Notes: generated by a model not told the origin, from the sequence alone. Shown: positions 50,431-61,756, counted from the first letter of the whole stretch. The stretch: DNA of 63,955 bases, filler included, from a bacterium (GCA_037439705.1; 6 parts of 6 records of this genome joined end to end with filler, not necessarily neighbours in it); one strand, 5' to 3'. Numbers and translations are program-made.

Positions 50431-51360
50431 CTAAAGGACAAGGATTTCTACGGATGGTCCAAATTCAGCATATAACCTTTTTCCCTCTGTTAAATACATA
50501 TCTCCATCAACAGTATAATAAATGTCCTTTTCAAACTCAATTTCAACATTTACACAAATCCGGTCAAAAACCTTTTTGCTTTTCAGGGGAATGCCGAAAT
50601 ATAATTTGGGAAGCCTCAAAACATATTCAAAGGGAGAAAGTTCAGAAGCAAGAAAATGGAAACCTTTGTCCGTCTTTCCACCGAGGTATGTAACACGAAA
50701 TCCAAGACCAATCTCGTGAACCGTAGCCACTAAGAAGGCTGTTAGGGATTCAAAGGTGCGAAAAACACCGTCAGTCTTTAAAAATCCTTTTACAACAGGA
50801 AATAACCTCTCATATTCCTTTCCCTTCATTATTGCAGATTTTGCAAGTTTCCACACAACTTTTGCAGCTTTCTTGGGGCCCCTCTCCTCTCCTGAATAAT
50901 ACTCATTCAAAAGTGATGAAACAAGACCACCTCCTACTATAAATCCAAATTTTTCACCTATTTTAATGAGATTTTTTTTCACTACCGGAATGGAAATTCC
51001 ACTTTTAACAGCTTCTTTTAATTTTTTAAGAACCTCCAACTGATTTTTCCTTAACCCGCTTGCCTTGGCAATAGTATTCATCGTTCCGCCGCACATAAAA
51101 AAAACCTTTGGGATTCTTGCCTTATATGCGTAAAAAAGATTCGTAATGGTATGATGAAGGGTCCCATCTCCTCCGGAAATTCCGACCACCTCTATATCTT
51201 TTTCACTAAATTCATGTGCCACATCGTTAAGTTCTGAAAGTTCAGATGTTACTCTCAAAAAAGCCGAGTCCCCAATTATGTTTTTTATCTTTGATGGTAA
51301 TTCTTTATCCCTCTTATTACCGGACGCATTCACATTAACAATTATTCCAACTTTTTCCAT
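50431..51360 (-). CDS. Diacylglycerol kinase family lipid kinase
   Basis: IIVNVNASG, GGDGT, GGTMN, VDGD; start reset to ATG 51360. Confidence 0.85.
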   Translation of the reverse strand: MEKVGIIVNVNASGNKRDKELPSKIKNIIGDSAFLRVTSELSELNDVAHEFSEKDIEVVGISGGDGTLHHTITNLFYAYKARIPKVFFMCGGTMNTIAKASGLRKNQLEVLKKLKEAVKSGISIPVVKKNLIKIGEKFGFIVGGGLVSSLLNEYYSGEERGPKKAAKVVWKLAKSAIMKGKEYERLFPVVKGFLKTDGVFRTFESLTAFLVATVHEIGLGFRVTYLGGKTDKGFHFLASELSPFEYVLRLPKLYFGIPLKSKKVFDRICVNVEIEFEKDIYYTVDGDMYLTEGKRLYAEFGPSVEILVL

Positions 51361-51481
51361 CTGAAAAATAATTTCAAAATTTCTTGATATTTTCAAGAAA
51401 AATGTTTATTTTTAATTTCAGGACTGTAAAGAGGATTTGAAATTTTCTTTGGAAAAAGGATTTGTGTAGAATAAAAATGAG

Positions 51482-52366
51482 ATGCTGAAATTTATAAGGG
51501 CATTTACAAGAATAAAAAACATTTCTCCAATAAATATAAAAGAAGACGAAATTGAAAAAGAACTTTTTGAATGTGAAAGAGGAACCCATCTTTTGCTTGG
51601 AAAATTTACAGAAGCAGAAATTTATGAAGCACTTGAAGAAGAAGGTGTGATAGAAGAATTGAAAAAGAAGGAGTTATATCCTGTAGAAGTTTCAATAGAC
51701 CATGAAAACATTTTGAAACAGAAAATACTTATAGACCTAAAGGAAGAAACCGAGCCCAAACCTAAAAGAATTATGGAAATAATAATAGGAGAATGCAGAT
51801 ACCGGGTAAAGAAGAATATAGAAACCTATCTGAAGAATCCCGAAATAAACTGCATGGTTGTGGAATGGTTTGTCCTTCAGAATGTAAAAATGAGTTTCAG
51901 CGAGGAATTCCCTCGTCTTCCCGGACAGAGGTATCCGGGTTTAAGAATAGGCAAACATGTTCTGAAACTATTAGAAAACCTTGCACGGGCAACAAACAAA
52001 GATTGCTTCATCGCCTTTCCAGAGTTTTATCACAATGCTGTGATGTATATAGATTATCTTCACTTTTTAAATCCGGAAACTGAGGGAAGAGTTTTGAAGA
52101 TGAAAGATGACCTGAAAAATCTCCCGCTGGCAAAGGTATCTTTCGCTTTTTGTGGTGAATGCATTATTGAAAAGAAAGGCTCTGAAGAAAGGAAAATAGG
52201 ATGGACAGCAGAAGAAATGATTTATCCCGTTTCAGAGGAACTTCTTCTTTATTTTGACTCTCCAGAATACAGGACTGTGAAAGAAAAAGCTTATAACGAG
52301 CATTCCTATAAAATTGATACCCTGTGTTACGAATTAAAAGAAGAAGAACTCATGACAAAATTTTGA
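51482..52366 (+). CDS. Hypothetical protein (LPGQxYPGL family)
   Basis: 294-aa ORF; EWFVLQN, RLPGQRYPGL and FPEFYHNA motifs. Confidence 0.75.
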   Translation: MLKFIRAFTRIKNISPINIKEDEIEKELFECERGTHLLLGKFTEAEIYEALEEEGVIEELKKKELYPVEVSIDHENILKQKILIDLKEETEPKPKRIMEIIIGECRYRVKKNIETYLKNPEINCMVVEWFVLQNVKMSFSEEFPRLPGQRYPGLRIGKHVLKLLENLARATNKDCFIAFPEFYHNAVMYIDYLHFLNPETEGRVLKMKDDLKNLPLAKVSFAFCGECIIEKKGSEERKIGWTAEEMIYPVSEELLLYFDSPEYRTVKEKAYNEHSYKIDTLCYELKEEELMTKF

Positions 52367-52367
52367 G

Positions 52368-52922
52368 ATGGAAGCCGAAATTAAAAAAAACTTACTACTT
52401 CATATATGTTGTGCTCCTGATGCTACTGCTGTAGTTGAGAGACTTTCCAAAAAGTTTTCAGTGATTGGATTTTTTTACAATCCATGTATATGGCCTGAGG
52501 AAGAATACATGAAAAGGCTTGAAGAAACGAGGAAGGTGGCAGAAATTATGAAGTTCAAGTTTATTGAAGGGGCATACGAGGTGGAAAAGTGGGAAGAAGC
52601 AACAAAAGGTTTTGAAGAAGAACCAGAAGGAGCTAAAAGGTGCTTTGAATGCTATCGCATGAGACTTGAAAAGACTGCTGATATAGCAAGAACCAATGGA
52701 ATTGAAATTTTTACTACTACCCTTTCTATAAGTCCTCACAAAAATTTTGAAAAGATACTTGAAATAGGTAAAAATATAGCAAAAATTAAGACACTGGAAT
52801 TTTACGGAGAAAACTTTAAAAAAATGGATGGGTTCAAAAGAAGCGTGGAATTGTCAAAGTCATACGGGCTTTACAGGCAGAAGTATTGCGGATGCAAATA
52901 CAGTTTCAGAAGTAAACCATGA
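52368..52922 (+). CDS. queH: Epoxyqueuosine reductase QueH
   Basis: LLHICCAPD, RCFECY, TTLSISPHK, YCGC. Confidence 0.93.
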   Translation: MEAEIKKNLLLHICCAPDATAVVERLSKKFSVIGFFYNPCIWPEEEYMKRLEETRKVAEIMKFKFIEGAYEVEKWEEATKGFEEEPEGAKRCFECYRMRLEKTADIARTNGIEIFTTTLSISPHKNFEKILEIGKNIAKIKTLEFYGENFKKMDGFKRSVELSKSYGLYRQKYCGCKYSFRSKP

Positions 52923-55552
52923 AAAAAATAATAACTCTTTTTTTAATTGCTGGAAACGGAGGTTTGGCTATGGAGAAGGCATTGCCCAAATATTCTATAA
53001 ATGTATACACCCTACCAAACGAAATGAAAGTAATTGTAAGTGAAATCCCCGAGAATGAAATGGTAGCGGTTCAGTTCTGGGTTCAAGCGGGTTCAGCGGA
53101 TGAGACAGAAAAGGAAGAAGGAATAGCACATGTTCTTGAGCACATGGCATTCAAAGGTTCAGAAAAGGTTCAGGGAGCGGATTTTGCAGGTAGAATTGAA
53201 GGACTTGGCGGTTATATAAATGCATTCACATCTTCCGATAATACCGTTTATCACATAACAATTCACAAAAAACATTTTGAAGAGGCTATAAAAATTCTAA
53301 GCGATGTAATAACTGCACCCCTTATCTCTCCTGATGAATTGAGCAAGGAACTTGAGGTAATACTTGAAGAATGGAGAAGGGGGGAAGACATCCCTGAGAT
53401 TCGCCTTTACAAAGAGTTCTTTTTAAACGCCTACAAAGTCCATCCATACAGAAAACCTACTATTGGCAAACCGGAAACCATCTCCTCATTCAAAAGAGAA
53501 GATGTTATAAATTTTATGAATAAATGGCACTATCCAAGGAATTCCTTTTTAGTAATTGCTGGAAGTATTGAACCAAAAAATGCATACGAAATAGTTAAAA
53601 AATACTTCGAAAAATGGCAAAAAGAAAAAGGGAATGAAAGAAAAAGATCTCAGGAACCCCCTCAAAAAGAATTGAGAACATTTGTAATAAAAGGAAATTT
53701 TGTAGAAACAAGATTGATACTCGGTTTTCACACAGTGAACCTTTCCCATCCAGATGCTCCCGCTCTTGATGTTCTTGCCACTATCTTTACCCAACTTTAC
53801 TCTTCAAGATTGAGTAAGGAACTTTATTTAAAAAAGAACCTCGTTAACAACATATTTTCCTATTCATATACTCCCTATGATAATGGAATCTTCATCATAG
53901 GTGCCACCCTCAATAAAGAAAACATCCAGAAGGTAACAAAAGAATTGATAGAAGAAATAAGAAATTTTGCATGGCTCATCACGGAAAATGACCTCCAGAA
54001 CGCAAAAATATCTGTCATCAAGAATTACCTCCTTCTTAATCAGAGGGCTGATTCATTGGCAAGAGAAATCGGTTTCTTTACATCTTTTTCTGGAAATCCT
54101 TTAGCCATGAATTCCTACATTGAATCTATTTTAAACCTTACACTCAAAGACATAAAAAGGGTTTTAAAAACATATTTCAGGATTGAAAACCTAACAGCAG
54201 GTATTCTTCTTGAAAGGGGAAGCGAAGAAATAACTACAGAAACCTTCCAGAAATGGATAAAGGAAAGCTGGGAAATGAAAGAAAAAGAAGGAATAAAGAC
54301 AAAAGAGAGTCTGAATGATGGAATAACAAAATTTAAACTTTCAAACGGCGTTGTTCTCCTTACGAAAAAAATGAAAGGCATCGGAATTATAGACATATCA
54401 ATCTATTTAAAAGGTGGAGTTTTGTTTGAACCAGAGGATAAAGTAGGAATTTCAAATTTCATCGCCCGAATGCTTCAAAGGGGAACAAAAAAATTTTCTC
54501 AGGATGAACTGATGGAAAAACTTGACGAAATAGGAGGAAATTTTTCGGCGTCTGCGGGAAGCGATTCATTCACTATAGGAATCTCATTTTTAAAGGGATT
54601 TGAAGAAGATGGTATAAACCTCCTTATGGAAATTCTTCTCAACCCTTCATTTCCCGATGAAGAAATAGAAAAGGTAAGAAAGCAAATAATTGATGATATA
54701 AAAGCAAGAGAGGACTATCTTCCTTCACTTGCTAAAGATGGGCTTCAGGAAGGACTTTACAAAAACCATCCTTTCAGATTCAATCCTTTAGGAACTCCTG
54801 AATCTGTCGCTTCTATCACAAGAGAAAACCTCATTAACTTCTGGAAAAAAATAATGGTGGGTGAAAATATAACATTAGGAACTGTCGGTGATTTTGATGA
54901 GGAATTTGAAAATTATTTAGTAAATGCTTTAAACAAAGTAGAAAAAGGAGAACCAACTTCTAAATCTGCCCCATTTCCTCTTCCCCCATCAAGGGTTGAG
55001 GAGGTAGTGAAACAAGTAGAGAGGAATCAGATTCACATAATGCTTGGTTTTCTCACCGTTCCGATAAATCATCCTGATATCTATCCACTCATCGCGCTTG
55101 ATGGAATTATGTCCGGACAGGGAGGAAGAATATTCCGTGAATTAAGGGATGAAAAAGCCCTCGCATATGCCCTTACAAGTATTTCCTTCAGGAGTTCTGA
55201 ACCAGGATATATAGCAGTGTATTTAGGATGTGACCCGTCAAAGTATGAGGAGGCATTAAGTGGAATAAGAGAAGTTCTGAGCAAACTGGAAGAAACCATG
55301 ACAGAGGAAGAGTTAGAAAGAGCAAAGAACATGCTAACAGGAAACTACTGGATATGGCTTCAAAACAGTTCAGCAAAATCTGACGTCCTTGCAAGAAGTG
55401 AGTTTTACAAACTCGGATACAGAGGATTTAAAGATTACGAGGACTACATAAAAGGAGTAAAAGTGGAGGATATAAAGAAGGTTATAAGAAAATATATAAC
55501 TCCGGACAGGTATGTTATAAGTGTGGTCGGAAACCTACGAAAAGAAAAATAG
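52919..55552 (+). CDS. M16 family zinc protease (four-domain)
   Basis: HVLEH (HxxEH), NAFT, second degenerate M16 unit. Confidence 0.92.
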   Translation: MKKIITLFLIAGNGGLAMEKALPKYSINVYTLPNEMKVIVSEIPENEMVAVQFWVQAGSADETEKEEGIAHVLEHMAFKGSEKVQGADFAGRIEGLGGYINAFTSSDNTVYHITIHKKHFEEAIKILSDVITAPLISPDELSKELEVILEEWRRGEDIPEIRLYKEFFLNAYKVHPYRKPTIGKPETISSFKREDVINFMNKWHYPRNSFLVIAGSIEPKNAYEIVKKYFEKWQKEKGNERKRSQEPPQKELRTFVIKGNFVETRLILGFHTVNLSHPDAPALDVLATIFTQLYSSRLSKELYLKKNLVNNIFSYSYTPYDNGIFIIGATLNKENIQKVTKELIEEIRNFAWLITENDLQNAKISVIKNYLLLNQRADSLAREIGFFTSFSGNPLAMNSYIESILNLTLKDIKRVLKTYFRIENLTAGILLERGSEEITTETFQKWIKESWEMKEKEGIKTKESLNDGITKFKLSNGVVLLTKKMKGIGIIDISIYLKGGVLFEPEDKVGISNFIARMLQRGTKKFSQDELMEKLDEIGGNFSASAGSDSFTIGISFLKGFEEDGINLLMEILLNPSFPDEEIEKVRKQIIDDIKAREDYLPSLAKDGLQEGLYKNHPFRFNPLGTPESVASITRENLINFWKKIMVGENITLGTVGDFDEEFENYLVNALNKVEKGEPTSKSAPFPLPPSRVEEVVKQVERNQIHIMLGFLTVPINHPDIYPLIALDGIMSGQGGRIFRELRDEKALAYALTSISFRSSEPGYIAVYLGCDPSKYEEALSGIREVLSKLEETMTEEELERAKNMLTGNYWIWLQNSSAKSDVLARSEFYKLGYRGFKDYEDYIKGVKVEDIKKVIRKYITPDRYVISVVGNLRKEK

Positions 55553-56212
55553 TTGAAAACCCTGAAAGGGAAAACCGCTTTAATAACAGGTGGAACGAGC
55601 AAGTTAGGAAGAGAAATCGTCATTGCCCTGGCAAAAGAGGGAGTAAATGTGATAATTCACTATAAAAACGCTGAAAAATCTGCCACCAACCTTTGCAGAA
55701 TGATAAGGGGGTTCGGAGTAAACGCTTATAAAATAAAGGCAGATTTTGAAAAAAGGAACGAAAGGGAAAAATTTATTGAGAAAGCGTTAAAAATTGATGG
55801 AAAATTTTCAATTCTGATAAACAATGCCTCAATTTATAAGTCTCCAGAAAAGAGGAACTATGATGAGTTCTTAAAAAATTTAATCATTAACACCTGGACT
55901 CCGTATTTTTTATGTATGGAATTTAGAGAAAGGATTGAAAATGGAGAAATAATAAACATTCTTGACATAAGGATAAAAAGGATGAATCTCCTTTCTCCAG
56001 ATTTTTTCTATCTCATGAGCAAGCATCTTTTGAAATTAATTACTCAAAGGCTCTCCATTGAATTTGCGCCAAATATACGGGTAAACGGCATTGCTCCAGG
56101 GCGCATAATTCCTTCTGTTAAGAGCGAAAAACTCATTAAAAAACTTACCTCAAAAATTATTGTGTGCCTCAAAAACGAAGCAATGAATGGAAAAATAATA
56201 ATTGTAAATTGA
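55553..56212 (+). CDS. SDR oxidoreductase (pteridine reductase-like)
   Basis: TGGTSKLG, IHY, NNAS, YLMSK, RVNGIAPG. Confidence 0.8.
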   Translation: MKTLKGKTALITGGTSKLGREIVIALAKEGVNVIIHYKNAEKSATNLCRMIRGFGVNAYKIKADFEKRNEREKFIEKALKIDGKFSILINNASIYKSPEKRNYDEFLKNLIINTWTPYFLCMEFRERIENGEIINILDIRIKRMNLLSPDFFYLMSKHLLKLITQRLSIEFAPNIRVNGIAPGRIIPSVKSEKLIKKLTSKIIVCLKNEAMNGKIIIVN

Positions 56213-56316
56213 GACATATTCTCAAACAATAAAGAATTCGTCTGGGTCAGTTACTACAGAATTCGGAGTAAAAATTTCTCTTGACATTTTATTTTCAGAT
56301 GTTTTATCCTTTAATT

Positions 56317-57342
56317 GTGAAAGGGGTAATTAAAATTTTGACATACCTCATCCTTTTCTGTGGTATAACGAATGCGCAGGAAAAAAAACCAAAATACAAA
56401 ATAAAGTGGGCGACCATTTCTCCTGAGGCTACAAGGTGGGGAGAAGCGGTTAATAAGGCATCAAAGGAGATAGAGAAAAGAACAAATGGTGATATCAAAA
56501 ATATATGGTATTTTGGTGCAGTAATGGGAGATGAACCGGACCTTGTGAGAAAGGCAAAACTCGGTCAGATTCAGGGGCTTGCAATGCTCTCTGTTGGTCT
56601 CTCAAAAATCGCCCCTGAAACAATGGTCTTTTCACTTCCATATCTTTTCAATAACTATGATGAAGTGGACTGCGTCTTTGATAAAGCATGGGGAATAATT
56701 GAAAAAATATTTATGGAAAAGGAATTTATGCCTCTTGGAAGGGCTGATGTTGGATTCAGCGTATTTTTCAGCAAGAAAGAAATTAAGAATTTCAATGATT
56801 TTGGAAAAATAAAGTTCTGGTTATGGTCAGGAGTTGAAGCAATTAATCTTATCGCGGATATTTACGGGATAAAAACGCTTGTTCCATTATCACTGCCAGA
56901 TGTATATACAGCCCTTCAGACAGGAATTGTTGATACTGTGTTTGCAACATATTACTCCTGTATAGCCCTCCAGTGGTATAATCAGACACAATATATGACG
57001 GATGTGGAAAAGGCTGGCGGAGCTTACGCACCCGCGATTTTACTGCTGAAGAAAGAGGTCTACGATTCTCTTCCCGACGAATATAAAAAGATAATCAAAG
57101 AAATAATTAATAAATATCTTCCCGAATTGAGAAAAGGTTTGAGAGAGGATGAAGAGAAGGCAAAGATGGCATTGATTGAAAAGGGGATGAAAATAATGGA
57201 ACAATCTCCAGAATTTATAGAAGAGGTGAAAGGAAAAATGAACGAACTCTATCAAAAAATGGTTGGAAAGTATTATCCTCAGTGGCTTCTCAACGGAATT
57301 CTGCAAATAAGAAATGAGTGCAGGGCAACATTACAAAAATAA
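56317..57342 (+). CDS. TRAP transporter solute-binding protein (DctP family)
   Basis: WATISPE, GDE, LPYLF, DVYTALQTGIVD; start set at GTG 56317 (uncertain). Confidence 0.85.
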   Translation: MKGVIKILTYLILFCGITNAQEKKPKYKIKWATISPEATRWGEAVNKASKEIEKRTNGDIKNIWYFGAVMGDEPDLVRKAKLGQIQGLAMLSVGLSKIAPETMVFSLPYLFNNYDEVDCVFDKAWGIIEKIFMEKEFMPLGRADVGFSVFFSKKEIKNFNDFGKIKFWLWSGVEAINLIADIYGIKTLVPLSLPDVYTALQTGIVDTVFATYYSCIALQWYNQTQYMTDVEKAGGAYAPAILLLKKEVYDSLPDEYKKIIKEIINKYLPELRKGLREDEEKAKMALIEKGMKIMEQSPEFIEEVKGKMNELYQKMVGKYYPQWLLNGILQIRNECRATLQK

Positions 57343-57873
57343 TTTACCCTTTAAATAATAAAAACCAAAAAATAGAAGAGCCCCGAGCCATAGATAGTAT
57401 TCCCTGTTATTCTTAACCCTTTCCCACCTGAATCCGCCCTTTCTAAACCTGAATGTTCTGGGAAAAAAGAGGGGCACTTCTTTTCTGTATCTTTCGTATT
57501 CCTCACCGTAAGCATTTCTTAACCAGTCCTCTTCCACAATAATTTTTGGGATATAAAAGATAAAAAAACCTATCAAAAACAAAAATGTCCATTTAATTCC
57601 TCCAAGAATTGTAAATCCAAACCCTATAAGAAAACTTCCGAAATAAAGTGGGTGTCTGGTGATGGAATACGGTCCTCGTGTAGCAAGTTCTTTTTTCTTT
57701 GTAATGCATCCCGCAGACCATGTCCTCAAAAAAATTCCAAAAAAAATTAAAGGAAGAGCGAGATAAAGCAGAGAGAAATCAGGTTTTGAGAATATGAAAA
57801 AAACAAAAACGAAGATATATCCTGCAATCACCCTCAACCTTCCTATCTTTTGAAAAATTCCTTTCCAGTTCAT
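57331..57873 (-). CDS. Isoprenylcysteine carboxyl/phospholipid methyltransferase family membrane protein
   Basis: GPYSITRHPLYFGS, EE..L...YGEEY..Y...VP; TAATG overlap with the upstream gene. Confidence 0.85.
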   Translation of the reverse strand: MNWKGIFQKIGRLRVIAGYIFVFVFFIFSKPDFSLLYLALPLIFFGIFLRTWSAGCITKKKELATRGPYSITRHPLYFGSFLIGFGFTILGGIKWTFLFLIGFFIFYIPKIIVEEDWLRNAYGEEYERYRKEVPLFFPRTFRFRKGGFRWERVKNNREYYLWLGALLFFGFYYLKGKLFL

Positions 57874-58648
57874 TAATTCCTCCACCTTCTGTGAAACCAC
57901 AGGTACTCATGAGGATGTTTTTTTATTTCCTCCTCTATAATTTCTGTTGCAAGTCTCATAATTTCTTCGGGAGTTTTGCCATCAGGTTTAATTATTCTTC
58001 CATATATTACATCGTAAAATTTACCATTTNNNNNNNNNNCACCATAAATCCTGCCTGCATAGGAATACCTGTAAGGATGGACAATCTTGCCGGGGCAGTT
58101 GTGCATCTTGTCTTTAGCCCTAAAAAATCCACCTCACAATAATTTTCTCCAACCGGGTACTGGTCAATGAGGAATCCTATGCTGTAGCCCCTTTTTAAAA
58201 ACCTCATTATCTTAAAAGGCTCATCAGGATGTATAACAGCAACTCCTCCTTTTCTTCTCAACATCTTCAACAGACTGTCTGCATAGGTATTTTTTAACTT
58301 CTTACCTACAATGGCAATTTTTCCTCTTAATCTCGCATGAGCATATATCATAATTTCCCAGTTGGAAAGATGGGCTGAAAAAAATATCCTCTGACCATTA
58401 AAGGGGTCAAGTTCAAAAAATCTGCACCTTTTCAGAATTTTATTGGGGAAAAAGTAAAAAGTAAGAAGTTCTCTCAAAAACAAAATGAAGTGCTTAAAAA
58501 TGGCTCTAACAAAATAAGAAATTTCCTTTTCAGCCACGAATCCGGTTAATTTGAGGTTATATTCCGCAATTTTTTTATACTTCCTGTCAACTAAATAAAT
58601 TATCCATGCAACTAATGACGAAGGAAAAAACAGAAGAAAACTACCCAT
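57873..58648 (-). CDS. Lipid A/lysophospholipid acyltransferase (LpxL/HtrB family), spans 10-N gap
   Basis: AHLSNWE, FLIDQ, and PHEYLWFHRRW after the gap. Confidence 0.85.
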
Positions 58649-58698
58649 TATCCCTCCTCCTATCTCAAGAAGAAATTTTATTTTTTTTAGAACCCTTT

Positions 58699-58893
58699 TC
58701 AGAATCCTCTCTGTTTTAATTTTCTGAAAAGCCTTTTGTATTTCTTCATAGTCTTCTGAGCGCGTGCTCTTTCCTTCTGCCCTTTTGACTGATAAAACTG
58801 ATGCCTTTTTATGGCAGGAAGAACATTGAGTTCATAATCCCTTTTAAGCTTCTTCAAACCTCTTTCTATGTCACCATCCACATAGATTTTCAC
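58699..58893 (-). CDS. rpsU: 30S ribosomal protein bS21 (divergent)
   Basis: 64 aa, basic, IERGLKKLKR...IKRHQFY; SD GGAGGTG. Confidence 0.7.
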   Translation of the reverse strand: MKIYVDGDIERGLKKLKRDYELNVLPAIKRHQFYQSKGQKERARAQKTMKKYKRLFRKLKQRGF

Positions 58894-58908
58894 TAATATC
58901 TCACCTCC

Positions 58909-59826
58909 TTACTTTATTTTCCATAACCATTTTTTATATCTCTCGTCTTTTCCCCGAACCGCATTAAAAAATATCTCCTGCAATTTTTTTGTTATTTCTC
59001 CTGGCTTTCCCTTTCCTATAATCCTTTCATCAACACTTCTAACAGGAGTGATCTCCGCCGCAGTACCTGTAAAAAAGACCTCATCTGCTATGTAAAGTTC
59101 ATCCCTTGTAAACCTCTGTTCAATCAGTTGAATTTCGCAATCCCTTGATATCTCAATAATACAATCCCTTGTAATACCGGGAAGAATTGATGTAAGGGGA
59201 GGAGTTTTTATAATCCCGTTTTTTACAATGAAGATGTTCTCCCCTGATGCCTCAGAAACATACCCTTCCGTATCAAGAATTATTGCCTCATCGTAACCAT
59301 CTTTCACTGCTTCCTTTTTTGCAAGTATTGAATTTACATAGTTTCCACAAACCTTTGCTTTTGTCATTGAAGCATTCACATGATGTCTAACAAAAGAGGA
59401 AATTTTTGCTCTTATCCCGTTCTTCAACCCTTCCTCACCAAGGTATGCTCCCCATTCCCACACTGCTACCGAAAATCTCACAGGATTATCCGTGAAATTC
59501 AAACCCATTGCTCCGTCTCCGAGAAAAATTATTGGTCTTATGTACCCCTCCTCAATCCCGTTTTCCTTTATCGTCTTAATTATTGCATTTATTATGTGCT
59601 CTTCTGTAAAATCTACTGGAAGCCCAATAATTTTTGCAGAATTTAAAAGTCTATCAATGTGCTCCTTCAACCTGAAAATAGCAGATCCTCCTTTTTCCTG
59701 TTTGTAAAACCTTATTCCTTCAAATACTCCAAATCCGTAATGGAGGGTATGGGTGAGAACATGAACCTGTGCCTCTTCCCATTTCACAAGTTTCGTATCC
59801 ATCCATATATACTTTGCCTTTTTCAT
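58909..59826 (-). CDS. ilvE: Branched-chain amino acid aminotransferase
   Basis: LHYG.GVFEG, GYIRP, AK..GNY, ILPGITR, GTAAE. Confidence 0.95.
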   Translation of the reverse strand: MKKAKYIWMDTKLVKWEEAQVHVLTHTLHYGFGVFEGIRFYKQEKGGSAIFRLKEHIDRLLNSAKIIGLPVDFTEEHIINAIIKTIKENGIEEGYIRPIIFLGDGAMGLNFTDNPVRFSVAVWEWGAYLGEEGLKNGIRAKISSFVRHHVNASMTKAKVCGNYVNSILAKKEAVKDGYDEAIILDTEGYVSEASGENIFIVKNGIIKTPPLTSILPGITRDCIIEISRDCEIQLIEQRFTRDELYIADEVFFTGTAAEITPVRSVDERIIGKGKPGEITKKLQEIFFNAVRGKDERYKKWLWKIK

Positions 59827-61250
59827 ATTCCACCCTTTCTTTTTAAAATGGTAAGTTCCATTCTTGCCTGTTCATGTGATGGATTGAGGGCAACCACTTT
59901 TTCAAGAAACTCGACTGTTTTCTTATAATCCCCTTCCGCTCTGTATATTGATGCCACAAGATAAACAATGGTATCACTCTGTGGAGAGAGTGAATAAGCT
60001 TTAAAAACCTTTTTCATTCCTTCTTTTGTCATCATCAAATCGTTATTCCTCTTGCCAAGTCTGTACTCAGTCCAACCAGTTTTTGCCATGTACAAAGGCT
60101 CATCAGGATTAAGTTTACACGCCCATTTGTAAAACTCAAGTGCTTGCTTTAAGTCTCCCTTCTTCTCAAGAACCTCTGCTTTCTGAAATTGAAGTTCTGC
60201 TGAAATTATATCTTCCTTCTTTTCAAGTACGAAATCAGTGGATTGAGCATTGAAAGAAAGGTACTCCTCTCTTTTTTGTGGGTTCGAAAGGACATTATAT
60301 GCATCATTTATTAGAGTAAAAATCCTGTCTGCCATGTCCCTTATAGCCTCGCTTTTAAAGCTGTGAAACCGATCTGGATGATACTCTCTCGCGAGGTCAT
60401 AATATCTCTTTTTTATTTCATCCATTGTAGTATTTTTTTCTACCCCGAGCCTTTCAAAGAATGAAGCACTTTTGAGAAAATTGAAATTTTCTAACAATTT
60501 TTCATATATTCCCCTCTCCTCCTCAGGAATAAAAATCTCCTTTCTTACAGATTTTTCACTTATCTTTTTTCCCCTCATCTTTTTTATCACACCAACCACA
60601 TCATAAAAATACAGAACCATTAAACCTTTTTTTTCATCTCCTATTGCCTTTACAAAATCCTTTCCCAGAAACTCACCATTAAAAAGTCTTTCTACAGAGG
60701 GAGGAATCCTTACCCTGTTATCGAGGATTCCTTTCACATAAACAGAATTCAAAAAATTCTCCCTGTTTCTTATGAAAAAAGTTTCATCCATAATAGAGAT
60801 TCCTTTTGAAATGAGATAAACCATATCCATTTCAGACCAGAAAGGAAACTTACTTTCCTCTATTTCCTTTTCTAAAATCTCCCATCTTCCATCCTTCCAC
60901 AGAAAAATGTCTTTAACCCTCATTTCAATCTGGAGCCTTAGGGCTTCTGATATATCTCCCTTATAACCAATTTCTCTGATTGCCTCTCCCCACTTTATTT
61001 TTTTCTCCTTCATTATCTCAAGCGTTTTTTCATGCTCTGAGGCTTTTATCAAACCTGAAGAAAGCATTACCCTTCCCAATGTTTCACTCAAAAGGTTGGA
61101 CCTTGAATAACCTACCTTTCCATCCTTTATGTAAAATTCCTTTTTTACTTTTTCTTTCTCTACATACAGTACTCCTGTCCATCCCTTTCTGCTTAAATCC
61201 ATCAAAAGGTAAGGAATTTCCCCCTCTTTTATTTCTCCCTTATTCTCCAT
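59823..61250 (-). CDS. DUF4388 + DnaJ + TPR domain protein
   Basis: N-terminal TG.L...DG..LG..L pattern, YHPD J-domain, C-terminal TPRs. Confidence 0.8.
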   Translation of the reverse strand: MENKGEIKEGEIPYLLMDLSRKGWTGVLYVEKEKVKKEFYIKDGKVGYSRSNLLSETLGRVMLSSGLIKASEHEKTLEIMKEKKIKWGEAIREIGYKGDISEALRLQIEMRVKDIFLWKDGRWEILEKEIEESKFPFWSEMDMVYLISKGISIMDETFFIRNRENFLNSVYVKGILDNRVRIPPSVERLFNGEFLGKDFVKAIGDEKKGLMVLYFYDVVGVIKKMRGKKISEKSVRKEIFIPEEERGIYEKLLENFNFLKSASFFERLGVEKNTTMDEIKKRYYDLAREYHPDRFHSFKSEAIRDMADRIFTLINDAYNVLSNPQKREEYLSFNAQSTDFVLEKKEDIISAELQFQKAEVLEKKGDLKQALEFYKWACKLNPDEPLYMAKTGWTEYRLGKRNNDLMMTKEGMKKVFKAYSLSPQSDTIVYLVASIYRAEGDYKKTVEFLEKVVALNPSHEQARMELTILKRKGGI

Positions 61251-61458
61251 AAAAAACTTTTATCATACACCTCCTTATTATTTCCCTGTTCTTTTCTATC
61301 TCTTTTACGGGATTTTCGACTTTAATTTTCATGATGGGTAGTATGCTATCCATTATCTCTTCAGTCAACATATCCTCTTCCCTTTGATAATATAACCTTA
61401 AAGCCCTCTCTATGTCCCTCAGAAAAAGATATGCTGAAGATAAGTCCTCTGCCATCTT
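61240..61458 (-). CDS. glnE: C-terminal fragment, GlnE adenylyltransferase-like
   Basis: L.SAYLFLRDIERALRL motif; cut by contig edge. Confidence 0.6.
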   Translation of the reverse strand, partial: KMAEDLSSAYLFLRDIERALRLYYQREEDMLTEEIMDSILPIMKIKVENPVKEIEKNREIIRRCMIKVFYGE

Positions 61459-61558
61459 NNNNNNNNNNNNNNNNNNNNNNNNNNNNNNNNNNNNNNNNNN
61501 NNTTAATTAATTAANNNNNNNNNNNNNNNNNNNNNNNNNNNNNNNNNNNNNNNNNNNN
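61459..61558. other. Artificial contig spacer
   Basis: 44 N + TTAATTAATTAA + 44 N. Confidence 0.98.
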
Positions 61559-61756
61559 GAAGATATAATAGAGAAAATTGAACTACTTACTTCAAAGATA
61601 AAAAGCATAGAAAGGACATAAAATGGAATTGGACAGTGAAAAATGTATTAAGCGGGTGAGGGAGACTGATTCCTCAATTCTTAACCATTGCATTTTTAAC
61701 TTGCATTCTGCATTTGTGTGATAACACCATTCTGAAAGTAGTCTGTTCTTTTTCAA

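Noticed and set aside
57873..58648. Acyltransferase split into two ORFs
   Set aside because: The frame change coincides with the arbitrary 10-N gap at 58030-58039.
12575..61558. Five copies of TTAATTAATTAA about 12 kb apart
   Set aside because: Each sits in an identical 44N-12-44N spacer and the contigs are size-sorted, so this is an assembly linker rather than a biological repeat.
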